A stretch of 62,955 nt of DNA, filler included, from Squatina squatina (GCA_031763465.1; 4 parts of 3 records of this genome joined end to end with filler, not necessarily neighbours in it), one strand, 5' to 3'. Positions 49,251 to 61,643 are shown, counted from the first letter of the whole stretch. Program-made: numbers and translations. Notes: generated by a model not told the origin, from the sequence alone.

Positions 49251-49978
49251 GTACTGGAACAAATGTTACATGTGGTGGGAGAAGTTTGGAACTCTCTTTC
49301 ACAAACGACAATTGATGCTAGATCAATTGTTAAGTTTAAATCTGAGATTGGTAGAATTCTGTTAACCAAAGTTTTTAAGGGATATGGGCCAAAGACGGGT
49401 ATGTGAAGTTAGGTCGCAGATCAACCATGATCTCATTGAATGGTGAAATGGGCTTGAGGGGCTGAATAGCCTCCTCCTGTTCCTATGTCCCTACATGTCA
49501 GTCAGGAAAATGTGTTTTGTAACAGATACCAGATGATCATGGAGTGCATTAAGAAGGCTGTAATGTGTTTGACAAGTTCTGGTGACACAGTAAACCACAA
49601 TGAGCCAATTTACATTAGTGTTCCCCAATTTATGTAACAACTTATAACTCTCTCTAGTCTAATTTTTATTTGTTATAGGGAGTATATATTTGTTCTCCTG
49701 AGTGATCTTTGGTAATATACTACATTCTAGGGAACATTGAGGCATATGAATGGAGCTTCCATCCGTACCAGGCCATTGATGTAAATTTTGCGTAACTGTT
49801 ACTAGGTGGGATCAAATAGCATCACTTAGTTTGCGTGCTGCTAAATAGCAAGGAAGGAAATAACTCATTTTGGCTGTGGCAATAAATATGTATCACAGTG
49901 TGTCACAGTTTTAAGTTAAATTTTTTAACAAACAGTGGTAACTGAAGAGAGTGAATTCAGCACTAACTTTTCTTACAG

Positions 49979-50126
49979 TGCGGTTATTGTGTAAACTGGC
50001 TGATGCAATGATGCGAGGAGGCTCAACTGAAGTTGATGACATACTGCAGAAAGCCAGGAGAGCTATTAAAAAGACCTGTAATCCATGTGGAGAAGCAAGC
50101 TTAAAAATTCTTGAAGGTTTACAAAA
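49979..50126 (+). CDS. TTC41: Next exon of probable TTC41
   Basis: Acceptor ttttcttacag, open frame RLLCKLADAMMRGG...EASLKILEGLQ, donor gtgagt. Phase matches the 49250 donor. Confidence 0.6.
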
Positions 50127-51559
50127 GTGAGTTTGTCTATTAGTTAATTTGGCCTGTTCTTCATACAAGTGTATTTTTTGTTAAAGATTGTGTTTGTACA
50201 ACTTTTGTGCATTAACTTGTTTGAAAAAAATGTTCTCTTTGGAGCTGAACTATGATAAATGAAAGAAAACTTTAACTGCTTCCCATGAGACCCTTTCACT
50301 GTAAATGTAATCATACTATTCAAGGAAACCTGCAATTTGAACAAATATTGTCTGCAGTAAACAAAGTGCTGTGACACGCCCAAAGACTCGGGGCTGAATG
50401 CCAGTCAGTGCCCAATGCAGGGGGTGCACTGCCTGATACTGAATCCATCAGGACAGACCAAGCCTCAATCCCAGGCTCACTTTTTTACCCAATGGAGGGC
50501 TGTCTGCAGCCGCAACAGCAGAGATCAGAATCATAACTGAAGCAACAGCAAACACGACACAGGGCAGCACCAGCAGCAACGTGCATTTATATGGTGCCTT
50601 CAAAACAGCTAGTGTCGCAAACGCTTCAGAAGAAAGGGACACCGAAGCAAAACTGTATATCACAGAACTCCGAGCTACACAGCGCTGTGGAGCCCCACCA
50701 TCCCAGGCACTCAACCCCACCCCCTGCCTTAACTTTGAACCATCCAACGGGAATCAAATCTTCTTCGGTTCCCCTATCCTGTGCTGACTGCACCAACTCC
50801 TAATGTGGTACAGCTCTTACAGTACACTGGGCACGTGGCCACTTTTCCCTGGTCGAATGATTGATTCACCCTTTAATAAATAAAAACTTCGTTTTGTCTG
50901 AGATTTTGTTGAGTTAACAGTTGTTAGTACTTTGAGTTCCTTTATGGCAGCTTCGAACAGATTATAAGTTCGCTTTATGAAGAAGGTTCATCCACAGCAC
51001 TGGAATGGTTTTGTCAAACCAATCAAACACCTTCTCAAACCATTTCATGGAAAGGAAGTACTCAATTATCATATTGNNNNNNNNNNNNNNNNNNNNNNNN
51101 NNNNNNNNNNNNNNNNNNNNNNNNNNNNNNNNNNNNNNNNNNNNNNNNNNNNNNNNNNNNNNNNNNNNNNNNNNNNAAACGTTTAATTGGCAAAGCGATA
51201 GAATGTTGGTTTTTCATGGATAGGTAAAAAAACTAACAAATAAAAGAGAAAAGTGATAACTGTGATTTCATTTTTTTACTCTATTATTGAAACTCAATAC
51301 AAGGGACACCAAAAATTGAGATTTATAAAACACAAAAATCTGTTGAAACTACTAGATAGCATTACCCGTAGATTAAGATATTCCAATAGCATTGTTACAA
51401 TTTATTCTAGAAGAGCTAAATTGTAAGGGTTTTAAGGCTGTGGTAACAACTAATGTAATGCAACAAACCCCCCATCCCGAAGGATATTTATTTTCTCCCC
51501 TTCTCTTTTCTCCTGTCTTCCTGCATCACACACCTCCTCCAGCCAAGAGATTGGATGAA

Positions 51560-52110
51560 ACATAGAAACATAGAAAATAGGAGCAGGAGTAGGCCATTCG
51601 GCCCTTCGAGCCTGCTCTGCCATTCAATACAATCACGGCTGATCCTCTATCTCATGTTCCTGCTTTCTCGCCATATCCCTTGATTCCTTTAGTATCTAGA
51701 AATCTATCTATCTCCTTGAATATATCCAATGCCTGAGCCTCCACAGCCTTCTGTGGTAAAGAATTCCACAGGTTCACNNNNNNNNNNNNNNNNNNNNNNN
51801 NNNNNNNNNNNNNNNNNNNNNNNNNNNNNNNNNNNNNNNNNNNNNNNNNNNNNNNNNNNNNNNNNNNNNNNNNNNNNTGTGAACCCCAAGATATCGCTAT
51901 TCTGGCACCATCTTTAAAATTGTGCCATTTAGTTCGTATTGCCTCTCTGCATTCTTCCAAAATACCTCACTTCACACTTCTCTGGATTAAATTTCACCTG
52001 CCATGTGTCTGCCCATTTCACCAGTCTGTCTCGGTCCTCCTGAAGTCTGCTACTGTCCTCCTCGCTATTTACTACATTTCCGAGTTTTGTATAATCTGCA
52101 GAGTTTGAAA
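51560..52110 (-). mobile_element. CR1 LINE 3' end and RT fragment (across a gap)
   Basis: catagaaacatagaaa tail, VNLWNSLPQKAVEA motif and a WADTWQVKFNPEKCEV-like segment. Confidence 0.85.
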
Positions 52111-52334
52111 CTATGCTCCAACAGATAAGTAGAGTATTTGCACTGAATGTAATCAGCTCCCTATACTTGCTGCCTTTGTGATTTTACATCCTGGGTGGAA
52201 TTCCAAGTGTGTGCTACCAAATAGAATTCTTAAGTTCTTTTTGTGAACATTTTGAAAAATCTGCTTTGAAAAGATGTGCTGTTTTATGCCGTCCCATGTT
52301 TTTCGAATAACTTTGCATTGTTTTGTTTAATCAG

Positions 52335-52472
52335 AGTTCACACGGTTTTACAATGAAGCAATTCATGGACATATTCTCATTGCCAGAACTTACTCTGCTT
52401 TCCTGTGTCAATGATTATTTTGTCAAGCAGAACATTGACTTCGAGCCAGTTTACCTTTACAAGGATGTTAAG
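52335..52472 (+). CDS. NT5DC3: 5'-nucleotidase domain-containing 3 exon
   Basis: [46 protein letters not shown]; bounded by cag and gtaaga. Confidence 0.92.
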
Positions 52473-52699
52473 GTAAGAGGCATTTATTCCCAATGTGATG
52501 TCCCTGTTCACTTTCCGAGCACATGCTGTGATTCCGTTGACGCGTAAATTATTGACGAGGCTTGACAAGTGCTATTTTTGGATGATAGTTCAATGAACTG
52601 GCAGCGTGGCTTGTAGTTTAAAGTTCAAGTCTTTGGCGGGTCTGTCTTTGAACTTGGCTCAGTTGAGATTGCAGAATTGAGTGCTGTTCCGTAACTAAT

Positions 52700-53055
52700 T
52701 ATGAGTGGCCTGGATGGAGTGGATAGGAAGGACCTAGTTCCCTCGGCATAGAGGTCAATAACCAGGAGGCATAGATTTAAAGTAATTGGTAGAAGGATTA
52801 GAGGGAAGTTGAGGAGAACCTTTTTCACCCAGAGGGTGGTGGGGGTCTGGGACGCACTGCCTGAAAGGGTGGTAGAGGCAGAAACCCTCATCACATTTAA
52901 GAAGTACTTTGATATGCACTTGAAGGGCCGTAACCTACATGGCCATGGACCAAGAGCTGGAAAGTTTGATTAAGCTGGAAAGCTCTTTTTCGGCCGGCAC
53001 GGACACAATGAGTCAAATGGCCTCCTCGTGCTGTAAATTTCTATGATTCTATGAT
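52700..53055 (+). mobile_element. CR1 LINE 3' end
   Basis: TRRHRFKV..FFTQRVVGVWDALPERVVEA and a ttctatgattctatga tail. Confidence 0.88.
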
Positions 53056-53068
53056 ATGTTGTAATGTA

Positions 53069-53192
53069 GAGGGTGGAACTCCGTGGGGGTTTCCCCCACT
53101 CACCTGTTTACACCGTGCTTCTGGGGTTTCCGTGGCTCTCCCACCAAAGTTGTGGTAGGCGACTGCAAAATCCCCCGCAGCAATTCACCCCC
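53069..53192. mobile_element. Possible short MITE
   Basis: Imperfect inverted ends gagggtggaactccgtgggggtt and aatcccccgcagcaattcaccccc. Confidence 0.35.
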
Positions 53193-53719
53193 ATGAGGTC
53201 TTTATAAACAGTGATGTGATGTTCTAGTCTATTTCAGGTTCTAAATTTAAATAAGATATAATGACCTGGAAATTTGATTGTGCCCAAAACGGGAGTGAGG
53301 GGGCAGGCTGGTTGCTGGGACCACGTGAAATTGGTGCAGCCAGCATTACCCATGTTGCTTATTGCCTTTGTAACTGTTTGCTGGGGGCGGGAAATCAGGC
53401 ATTGGTAACATCAATTAAAGTCAGCGAAGGGCAGCCTTCCTGAAGATTCAGCGTCACTCGACCTGACCCTAACAAGCACCAACTCAGAAACTGGCACCAA
53501 GTGTACTTTAGAGGCTAGGCTAGAGGGTGGGTCTTCACATGGTGAATCACTGGACACAAAGGTGCAGGAGCTAGAGCAAGGGATGCCACAGGAGCAAGCT
53601 CACTGATCCCGGCGTGTTGNNNNNNNNNNNNNNNNNNNNNNNNNNNNNNNNNNNNNNNNNNNNNNNNNNNNNNNNNNNNNNNNNNNNNNNNNNNNNNNNN
53701 NNNNNNNNNNNNNNNNNNN

Positions 53720-55709
53720 TGTTGTTTCTGTTGTTGTTACAGTTGTTGTTGTGGTTGTTGTTACGGTTGTTGTTGCGGTTGTTGTTATGGTTGTTGTTAT
53801 GGTTGTTACTGTTGTTGTTGCGGTTGTTGTTATGGTTGTTGCAGCTGTTGTTACTGTTGTTTTTGTGGTTGTTGTTGTTACTGCTGTTGTTGGGGTTAGG
53901 TTGTTACGGTTGATGCGGTTGTTGTTACTGTTGTTGTTACAGTTGTTGTTGCAGTTGTTGTTATGATTGTTGCGGTTGTAGTTACTGTTGTTTTTGTGGT
54001 TGTTGTTGTTACTGCTGTTGTTGTGGTTATGTAGTTATGGTTGGTGCGGTTGTTGTTACTGTTGTTGTTGTGGTTGTTGTTATGGTTGTTGTTGCGGTTG
54101 TTGTTATGGTTGTTGCAGTTGTTGTTACAGTTGTTGTTACAGTTGTTGTTGAGGTTGTTGTTACGGTTGTTGTTGCGGTTGTTGTTGTTGTGGTTGTTGT
54201 TACGGTTGTTGCGGTTGTTGTAACTGTAGTTTTTATGGTTGTTGTTCTTATTGTTGTTGTTGCGGTTATGTTGTTAATGTTGTTGCGGTTGATGTTGTTA
54301 ATGTTGTTGTTGCGGTTGTTGTTGTTTCAGTTGTTGTTGTTACTGTTGTTGCAGTTGTTGTTACTTGCGGTTGTTGTTACTGTAGTTGTTCCAGTGGTTG
54401 TTGTTGTTAGTGTTGTTGCGGTTGTTGTTGTTACTGTTGTTGTGGTTGTTGTTGTTGCGATTGTTGACATTGTTGCACTTGTTGCGGTTTCTGTTGCTAC
54501 AGTTGTTGTGGTTTCTGTTGTTGTTGCAGTTGTTGTTGTTACTGTTGTTGTGGTTGTTGTTACGGTGGTTGTTGCGGTTGTTGTTACTGTTGTTGTTGTT
54601 ACAGTTGTTGAGGTGGCTGTTGCGGTTGTTGTTATGATTGTTGCAGTTGTTGTTACTGTTGTTTTTGTGGTTGTTGTTGTTACTGCTGTTGTTGGGGTTA
54701 TGTTGTTACGGTTGATGCGGTTGTTGTTACTGTTGTTGTTACAGTTGTTGTTGCGGTTGTTGTTATGATTGTTGCGGTTGTAGTTACTGTTGTTTTTGTG
54801 GTTGTTGTTGTACTGCTGTTGTTGGGGTTATGTTGTTACGGTTCATGCGGTTGTTGTTACTGTTGTTGATACAGTTTTTGTTGTGGTTGTTGTTGCGGTT
54901 GTTGTTATCATTGTTGCGGTTGTTGTTACAGTTGTTGTTACAGTTGTTGTTGCGGTTGTTGTTACAGTTGTTGTTGCGGTTGTTGTTATGGTTGTTGCAG
55001 TTGTTGTTACAGTTTTTGTTACAGTTGTTGTTGTTGTTGTTGTGGTTGTTGTTACGGTTGTTGCGGTTGTTGTAACTGTTGTTCTTATGGTTGTTGTTCT
55101 TGTTGTTGCGTTTATGTTGTTAATGTTGTTGCGGTTGTTGTGATTGTTGCTGCTGTTGTTGTTACGGTTGTTGTTATTACTGTTGTTTTTTGGTTGTCGT
55201 TGTTACTGTTGTTGTTGTTGTAATTGTGGTTGTTGTAACTTTTGTTGTTACTGTTGTTGCCATTGTTGTTGCCATTGTTTTTGTTGCTGTTGTTGTTACC
55301 TTTGTTGTTACTGTTGTTGCTGTTGTTGTTTTTGTTGCTAATGTTGTTGTTACAGTTGTTGTTGTTGCAGTTGATGTTGCTACTGTTGTTGTTGCGGTTG
55401 TTGTTGTTTCAGTTGTTGTTGCTACTGTTGTTGCGGTTGTTGTTACTTGCGGTTGTTGTTGCGGTTGTTGTTGTTACTGTTGTTGCGGTTGTTGTTACTG
55501 TTGTTGTGGTTGTTGTTGCGATTGTTGACATTGTTGCACTTGTTGCGGTTTCTGTTGTTACTGTTGTTGCGGTTTCTGTTAATGTTGTAGTTGTTGTTGT
55601 TAGTGTTGTTGTGATTGTTGTTACGTTTGTTTTTACTGTTGTTTTTGTGGTTGTTGTTGTTACTGCTGTTGTTGGGGTTATGTTGTTACGGTTGATGCGG
55701 TTGTTGTTA
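53720..55709. repeat. Degenerate (GTT)n/(AAC)n repeat with higher-order duplications
   Basis: 2 kb of GTT triplets with recurrent variants. The block tggggtta.gttgttacggtt.atgcggttgttgtta recurs near 53890, 54693, 54823 and 55673. Confidence 0.95.
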
Positions 55710-55809
55710 NNNNNNNNNNNNNNNNNNNNNNNNNNNNNNNNNNNNNNNNNNNNNNNNNNNNNNNNNNNNNNNNNNNNNNNNNNNNNNNNNNNNNNNNNNN
55801 NNNNNNNNN

Positions 55810-56005
55810 AACTCACTGCCTGAAAGGGTGGTAGAGGCAGAAACCCTCATCACATTTAAAAAGTACTTGGATGTGCACTTGAAGTGATGTAACCTACAGG
55901 GCTACGGACCAAGAGCTGGAAAGCTGGAGAGCTCTTTTTTGGCTGGCACAGACACGATGGGCCGAATGGCCTCCTTCTGTGCTGTAAACTTCTACGACTC
56001 TATTT
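55810..56005 (+). mobile_element. CR1 LINE 3' end
   Basis: Near-identical to 52855-53050. Confidence 0.88.
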
Positions 56006-56941
56006 AATTACAGAAACATTCTTAAAAGTCTGTCGGTGCTGCATTTCAAAATACTTAATAAAAATCACAGTAATGTCATTTCCCCCCGCCCCGCGATCAA
56101 AACTTCAACCTCTTTTATCGGTTCAGTGTGGACAAGTCAAAATAATTATAATTCTGCTTTCACAATGACATGTGGGAAAAAAAAACAACAAAAATAAAAC
56201 TGGATTGCAGAGTGTGTAGGCTGGACTTTGAATGTTTTGGAAATAGAGGCCTGTAAAGGTTACACTGCAACTTTTTTAATGTAACCGAGAATGCTGGTGT
56301 GGTTGTATGTGGGTCAATGCTGATAGAGAAACGCATTCAGCTTTGTCCCATTGATGTCTGCCTGTGAATGTTTCAATAGAAATTCGGCAAGATGGCAGTG
56401 AATGTCTTCTTATCTCGAGACTTCCAGGCTGTGGAGTCTATTAAATTATCCTCCCAACTGTTGTGCCTCCCTTCCACAATGGAGGCATTCAGGCGTATCA
56501 AAAGAAACAGGAAAGTCACAGGGGACGAGGCCCATTAACAAGAACAGGATGTCAACATTGCCTGAAAATGGTTCCCTTTGTAGGAGGAAGTGCATTACAA
56601 TGCCTTTAGATTAGTTTCTCAGTGGCTCCCAGCCGAAATTCCTTCCGCCCTGGCTGAAATTAGCCTCAGGCTGCAAAACGCGTCTCAGGGATTGTAATTG
56701 CATCAGTTCTGCTTAAACCCTGCTAATGTTGTCTGCACATAAAACTGTTGGGATTCTTGTTTTAATATCTCGAGTTTGGAGTTCAATTTGGTTTTTTTTT
56801 AAAGAAAAGCTCATAGCCAAAATTCTTTTTTAAAACTGCGTNNNNNNNNNNNNNNNNNNNNNNNNNNNNNNNNNNNNNNNNNNNNNNNNNNNNNNNNNNN
56901 NNNNNNNNNNNNNNNNNNNNNNNNNNNNNNNNNNNNNNNNN

Positions 56942-57120
56942 ACCCCATCCAACTCCCCACCCTCACACATGCACTGTACCCCAACCAACTCCGCACCCAC
57001 CCTCACACGCACTGTACCCCATCCAACTCCCCACCCTCACACGCACACTGTACCCCATCCAACTCCCCACCCTCACACGCACACTGTACCCCATCCAACT
57101 CCCCACACTTTCACACATAC
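56942..57120. repeat. About 36-bp minisatellite, about 5 copies
   Basis: Unit accccatccaactccccaccctcacacgcacactgt. Confidence 0.9.
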
Positions 57121-57489
57121 GCTATCTCATCTATCCTAACTCTGCCAGTGAAGCCCATCCCTCTAGCACACTAACTCTACGATCAGGGAGATGGCTGTTG
57201 TAAACGAGTGTACACAAGATTAAACCAGATGTAAATATTAAAGACGATGTTAAAATTCCTGAGCGCCCTCAGCAAGTTTGGACCTCATGTTGTCTGAATT
57301 ATTAGTCTAGTAACGTAACGTGTCCCTGGCTGGCTCTGGACGACACCTTTAGTGCACCTGTGTTAAATTCCTGTCAGCACTATTTTAACTAAAATTAAAT
57401 AAACGGATTAATGATAAACTGCCACATGTGGGGATCAAACAGCAGCACGTTAATTAATGTCCTAGATCAGGCCAACAGAGAGCCGGAGA

Positions 57490-57912
57490 GACTTGCACTT
57501 TATATAATGCCTTTAAAACCACCGGACATCCCAAAGCACCTTCTAAAGTGCAGTCACTGTTGTAATGTAAGAAACGTGGCAGCAATCTGCGCAGAGCAAG
57601 CTCCCACAAACAGCAACGTGATAATGGCCAGATAATCTGGTTTAGTGATGTAGATTGAGGGATAAATATTGGCCCCAGGTCACCGGGGAGAACTCTTTGA
57701 AATAGTGCCATCGGATCTTTCACGTCCACCTGAGAGGAGACGGGGTCTTGGTTTCACGTCTCATCTGAAAGACGGCATCTCCAACAGTGCAGCACTCCCT
57801 CAGCACTGCACTGGAATGTCGGCCTGGATTTTTGTGTTCAAACCTCTGGAGCGTGACTTGAGCCCACAACCTTCTGATTCAGAGGCACGAGTGCTGCCCA
57901 CTGAGCCACACC
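57490..57912 (-). mobile_element. DeuSINE (SacSINE1-like), full length, in DUSP6 intron 2
   Basis: Tail, Deu core and tRNA-like head are all present. Confidence 0.85.
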
Positions 57913-58062
57913 GAACTCACACAAGTTACAAAACAACATCTTGCACCTCCAATGAATTAAACCTGTGCAAAAAAAAATTAAGTTTGAAGATTTGGAAAAT
58001 TAAAAGATTTAAAATAAATAAAAAGATTCCTTTTTAAAAAAATATTAACAAAAATTTCTTAC

Positions 58063-58512
58063 CTATGAATGCAATAGCTTCAGGAAAAAACTGGGAAAGG
58101 TTCTGACTCCAGTGATCAGAAATGGGAATCTGCTTGTACTTGAACTCGCCGGCATTCTCAAACAGGTTGGGCAGGTTGGGGGTCACGTTCAGGATGTACT
58201 TGATGCCGTGTTCCTCCAGAGCGTCGAGGTTGGTGGAGTCCCTGGCACAGCCCAGGTACAGGTGGGGCAAAATCTCCACGGGGAAGGAGGGCTGCGGCTG
58301 CTGGTTGTTGGAGAGCGGGCTGCCGTCGCACTCGGTCGCGCTGTTGGGGGCGTCTCTGTCCGCGTCCGACTCGATGTCCGACAATGAGTCGGTGCTGATG
58401 CGCAGCCCCCCCAGCCCCAGCACCGGCACGGTGGGAGAGCAGCTGCAGCACGAGCTGTCCAGGTTGGTCTCGCAGTGCGCCGGGAATTCCGCCTGGAACT
58501 TGCTGAATCCGC
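58063..58512 (-). CDS. DUSP6: DUSP6 (MKP3) exon 2
   Basis: [16 protein letters not shown]...[59 protein letters not shown]; bounded by cag and gtaag. Confidence 0.95.
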
Positions 58513-59586
58513 CTGTAGGCCCAAAAAACAAACCACGCGCAGTGAGCGCCACGTTAAAAAAAATCACTTCAATCCACCTATTTATTCACACNNNNNNNNN
58601 NNNNNNNNNNNNNNNNNNNNNNNNNNNNNNNNNNNNNNNNNNNNNNNNNNNNNNNNNNNNNNNNNNNNNNNNNNNNNNNNNNNNNNNNNNNNNNNNNNNN
58701 NNNNNNNNNNNNNNNNNNNNNNNNNNNNNNNNNNNNNNNNNNNNNNNNNNNNNNNNNNNNNNNNNNNNNNNNNNNNNNNNNNNNNNNNNNNNNNNNNNNN
58801 NNNNNNNNNNNNNNNNNNNNNNNNNNNNNNNNNNNNNNNNNNNNNNNNNNNNNNNNNNNNNNNNNNNNNNNNNNNNNNNNNNNNNNNNNNNNNNNNNNNN
58901 NNNNNNNNNNNNNNNNNNNNNNNNNNNNNNNNNNNNNNNNNNNNNNNNNNNNNNNNNNNNNNNNNNNNNNNNNNNNNNNNNNNNNNNNNNNNNNNNNNNN
59001 NNNNNNNNNNNNNNNNNNNNNNNNNNNNNNNNNNNNNNNNNNNNNNNNNNNNNNNNNNNNNNNNNNNNNNNNNNNNNNNNNNNNNNNNNNNNNNNNNNNN
59101 NNNNNNNNNNNNNNNNNNNNNNNNNNNNNNNNNNNNNNNNNNNNNNNNNNNNNNNNNNNNNNNNNNNNNNNNNNNNNNNNNNNNNNNNNNNNNNNNNNNN
59201 NNNNNNNNNNNNNNNNNNNNNNNNNNNNNNNNNNNNNNNNNNNNNNNNNNNNNNNNNNNNNNNNNNNNNNNNNNNNNNNNNNNNNNNNNNNNNNNNNNNN
59301 NNNNNNNNNNNNNNNNNNNNNNNNNNNNNNNNNNNNNNNNNNNNNNNNNNNNNNNNNNNNNNNNNNNNNNNNNNNNNNNNNNNNNNNNNNNNNNNNNNNN
59401 NNNNNNNNNNNNNNNNNNNNNNNNNNNNNNNNNNNNNNNNNNNNNNNNNNNNNNNNNNNNNNNNNNNNNNNNNNNNNNNNNNNNNNNNNNNNNNNNNNNN
59501 NNNNNNNNNNNNNNNNNNNNNNNNNNNNNNNNNNNNNNNNNNNNNNNNNNNNNNNNNNNNNNNNNNNNNNNNNNNNNNNNNNNNNN

Positions 59587-59894
59587 TCGTTCCACTCGGC
59601 CGTGCTCTGGTCGTACAGCAGGATGATGTCGGTCTTGCAGCGGCGGGCGAAGCGCTCCTTGTCCTCGTTGTTGGAGATGAGCGAGTTGACGGGGAAGTTG
59701 CCCTTTCGGAGGCGCCGCAGCATCAGGCCGGGGATGGCCACGCTGATGGCCGCCTCGATGTGCGACGACTCGTACAGCTCCTGGGCTCGGCAATCCACCA
59801 GCAGCAGCCGGTCGCTGCCCCGCTCCAGCTGGTCACGCAGCCAGCCCGTCCCCTTACAGATCGCCATTTCCGAGCACGGAAACCTCTCTAACAT
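59587..59894 (-). CDS. DUSP6: DUSP6 exon 1 (rhodanese/KIM domain), truncated by gap
   Basis: [19 protein letters not shown]...[36 protein letters not shown]. Adjacency to POC1B favours DUSP6 over DUSP7/9. Confidence 0.92.
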
Positions 59895-60857
59895 GGGGGC
59901 AAACCTTTTCACTGACCGCGCATCAGGTTGGAAATTATTTTTTTTTTAACATGAACACCTGCATAATTATAAAACTTCTCACACAACCTCGGGCCACATT
60001 TAAGATACCACATCTGCATCAATGGAGAGCAGTTTTGGATGTGAACAGACATAACAATGTCAGTATAACTCAGTTGTCAGGGTCCTGATCTGATACCCAA
60101 AAGCACACCAGTTTGAGTTTGCATCAGTTGTTGTATAACTTCAGCCTGGTGCAGTGCTGCAGTTTAAGAATGCTTGTGTAGTCACTGGAATGCCTTGGCA
60201 TTTTTAAAACTTTATAAAATGTTATGGGAACAGGGGCTTCCCAGCTGCCTGACATAACAAACTAGCTGCCAGAGAGAGCCTGCTTGTACAAGGCTTATTT
60301 GTGTCTGGCTTTACTGCAACCTGCATAGATACATAGCTATTAGTATAACTCGGATCTGCTGGATGCACATTACAGATAGCTGTACCTGCAGTATAATTGC
60401 AGCCTTAGGTATTACATGAGAGAACATAACAAGTAAGTAGTTCACAGAAATAACAGACAATTTCAATTTCAGCTAGTTATAACTAGTCTAAATACCAGAA
60501 CGCCATTAAGTTTTGAAGTACACAAGCTAATTCATTCTGAAATGTAACCAACTCATATTAAGAGAAACTTCGGGTGAATTTTTCTCTTTGCAGCAATAGA
60601 TCTATAACGCTAGAAGTATCAACTAACAAACTCAGCTAAAACCACCGATGTTAAAACCTTCTTTGTAGTTCTCCCTGGACACATTATGCTTCCTTTTTGT
60701 AACGGTTGACATTTACATATATACCACAACTAAACCACACTTAGATCTTAAAAATCAAACATAAGTCTTCAAGTTAGAGTCAAGTAGAAGCTTATCAAAA
60801 CTAAAGGAAACCTACTGTTCCATAATTAGAAAAACTCTTTTCAGCTTAAAACACAAA

Positions 60858-61426
60858 GGGGCCCCAACTGGGTTGCGCTGCGCGGGCAACTTAAGGTGCT
60901 GAATAGGGCTGCTTTTTGCACTGTTTCTGCGCCGTTCTCTTAAATGGCATTGTTGGTCTCTAATTTTCTTTTCAGGTGGGGTCTAAATGGGGCTGAAAAT
61001 CAGTGTAAGTGGGTGCAGGTGCAGTGCAAAGTGGGCGAGAGAGACTCCACGGGACCAATTCACTGAATTAACTCATGGGGATCAATCACTGAGCCCTTAA
61101 AGGCAATGTTTGCTATCAGTAACCCACTGCTCTGGTCAGTCAAATCTTGCTTTTGGGAGAGAGGAGCCATTGTGGGAGAGGGTGGTAGAAGTTATAGAAG
61201 CATGAATGGCAGCTGTTGGAAGAGGGACCAGAGCCCCCAATTCAGTGATGTGGGCCTGGAGTCTCTGGTCTCATCTGTGGAAAGTCGGGCAGCATGACTG
61301 TTTCCAAAGGGGAAGCGCCCAAATGCTCAGGGCTTTATGCGGGGAACAGCAATGGAGGTGTCCTCAATGGAGGTGGTTGTGTGTACAGAACATCAGTGCT
61401 GTTTAATGACCTTGTAGTCAAGGTAA
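60858..61426 (+). mobile_element. PIF/Harbinger element 5' part with a decayed Myb/SANT exon
   Basis: Terminus ggggccccaactggg and non-coding blocks shared with the 23277 element. Reads SPQFSDVGLESLVSSVESR...HQC..FNDL then gtaa, with a stop and a frameshift. Confidence 0.75.
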
Positions 61427-61544
61427 NNNNNNNNNNNNNNNNNNNNNNNNNNNNNNNNNNNNNNNNNNNNNNNNNNNNNNNNNNNNNNNNNNNNNNNNNN
61501 NNNNNNNNNNNNNNNNNNNNNNNNNNAGATTCTTTTTTCATTCA

Positions 61545-61643
61545 CTAGGAGGACCGCACTTGCAGCCCAGTCTGCTGATTATCTAGACACTCCTGGAGTT
61601 TGTCTTCGGTCAGTGTTAAACGCTGTTCTAAGATTGACACTGT
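61545..61643 (-). CDS. POC1B: POC1B terminal exon (Poc1 coiled-coil)
   Basis: Acceptor tttccag, then [35 protein letters not shown]. Upstream of and co-oriented with DUSP6, as in human. Not in the ORF track. Confidence 0.92.
   Translation of the reverse strand, partial: TVSILEQRLTLTEDKLQECLDNQQTGLQVRSS

Noticed and set aside
53614-55823. Poly-Val, poly-Leu and poly-Cys ORFs on the + strand
   Set aside because: These are automatic translations of the GTT repeat that switch register mid-ORF and have no gene structure.
52855-56005. Two near-identical direct repeats flanking the GTT array as LTRs
   Set aside because: Both are CR1 3' ends with ORF2 C-terminal motifs and the CR1 tail, on separate contigs, and there is no internal gag/pol.
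56942-57120. 36-bp repeats as a CRISPR array
   Set aside because: Units are directly tandem with no unique spacers, there are no cas genes, and the context is vertebrate.
58112-59949. + strand ORFs overlapping DUSP6
   Set aside because: Antisense shadows of GC-rich coding sequence.
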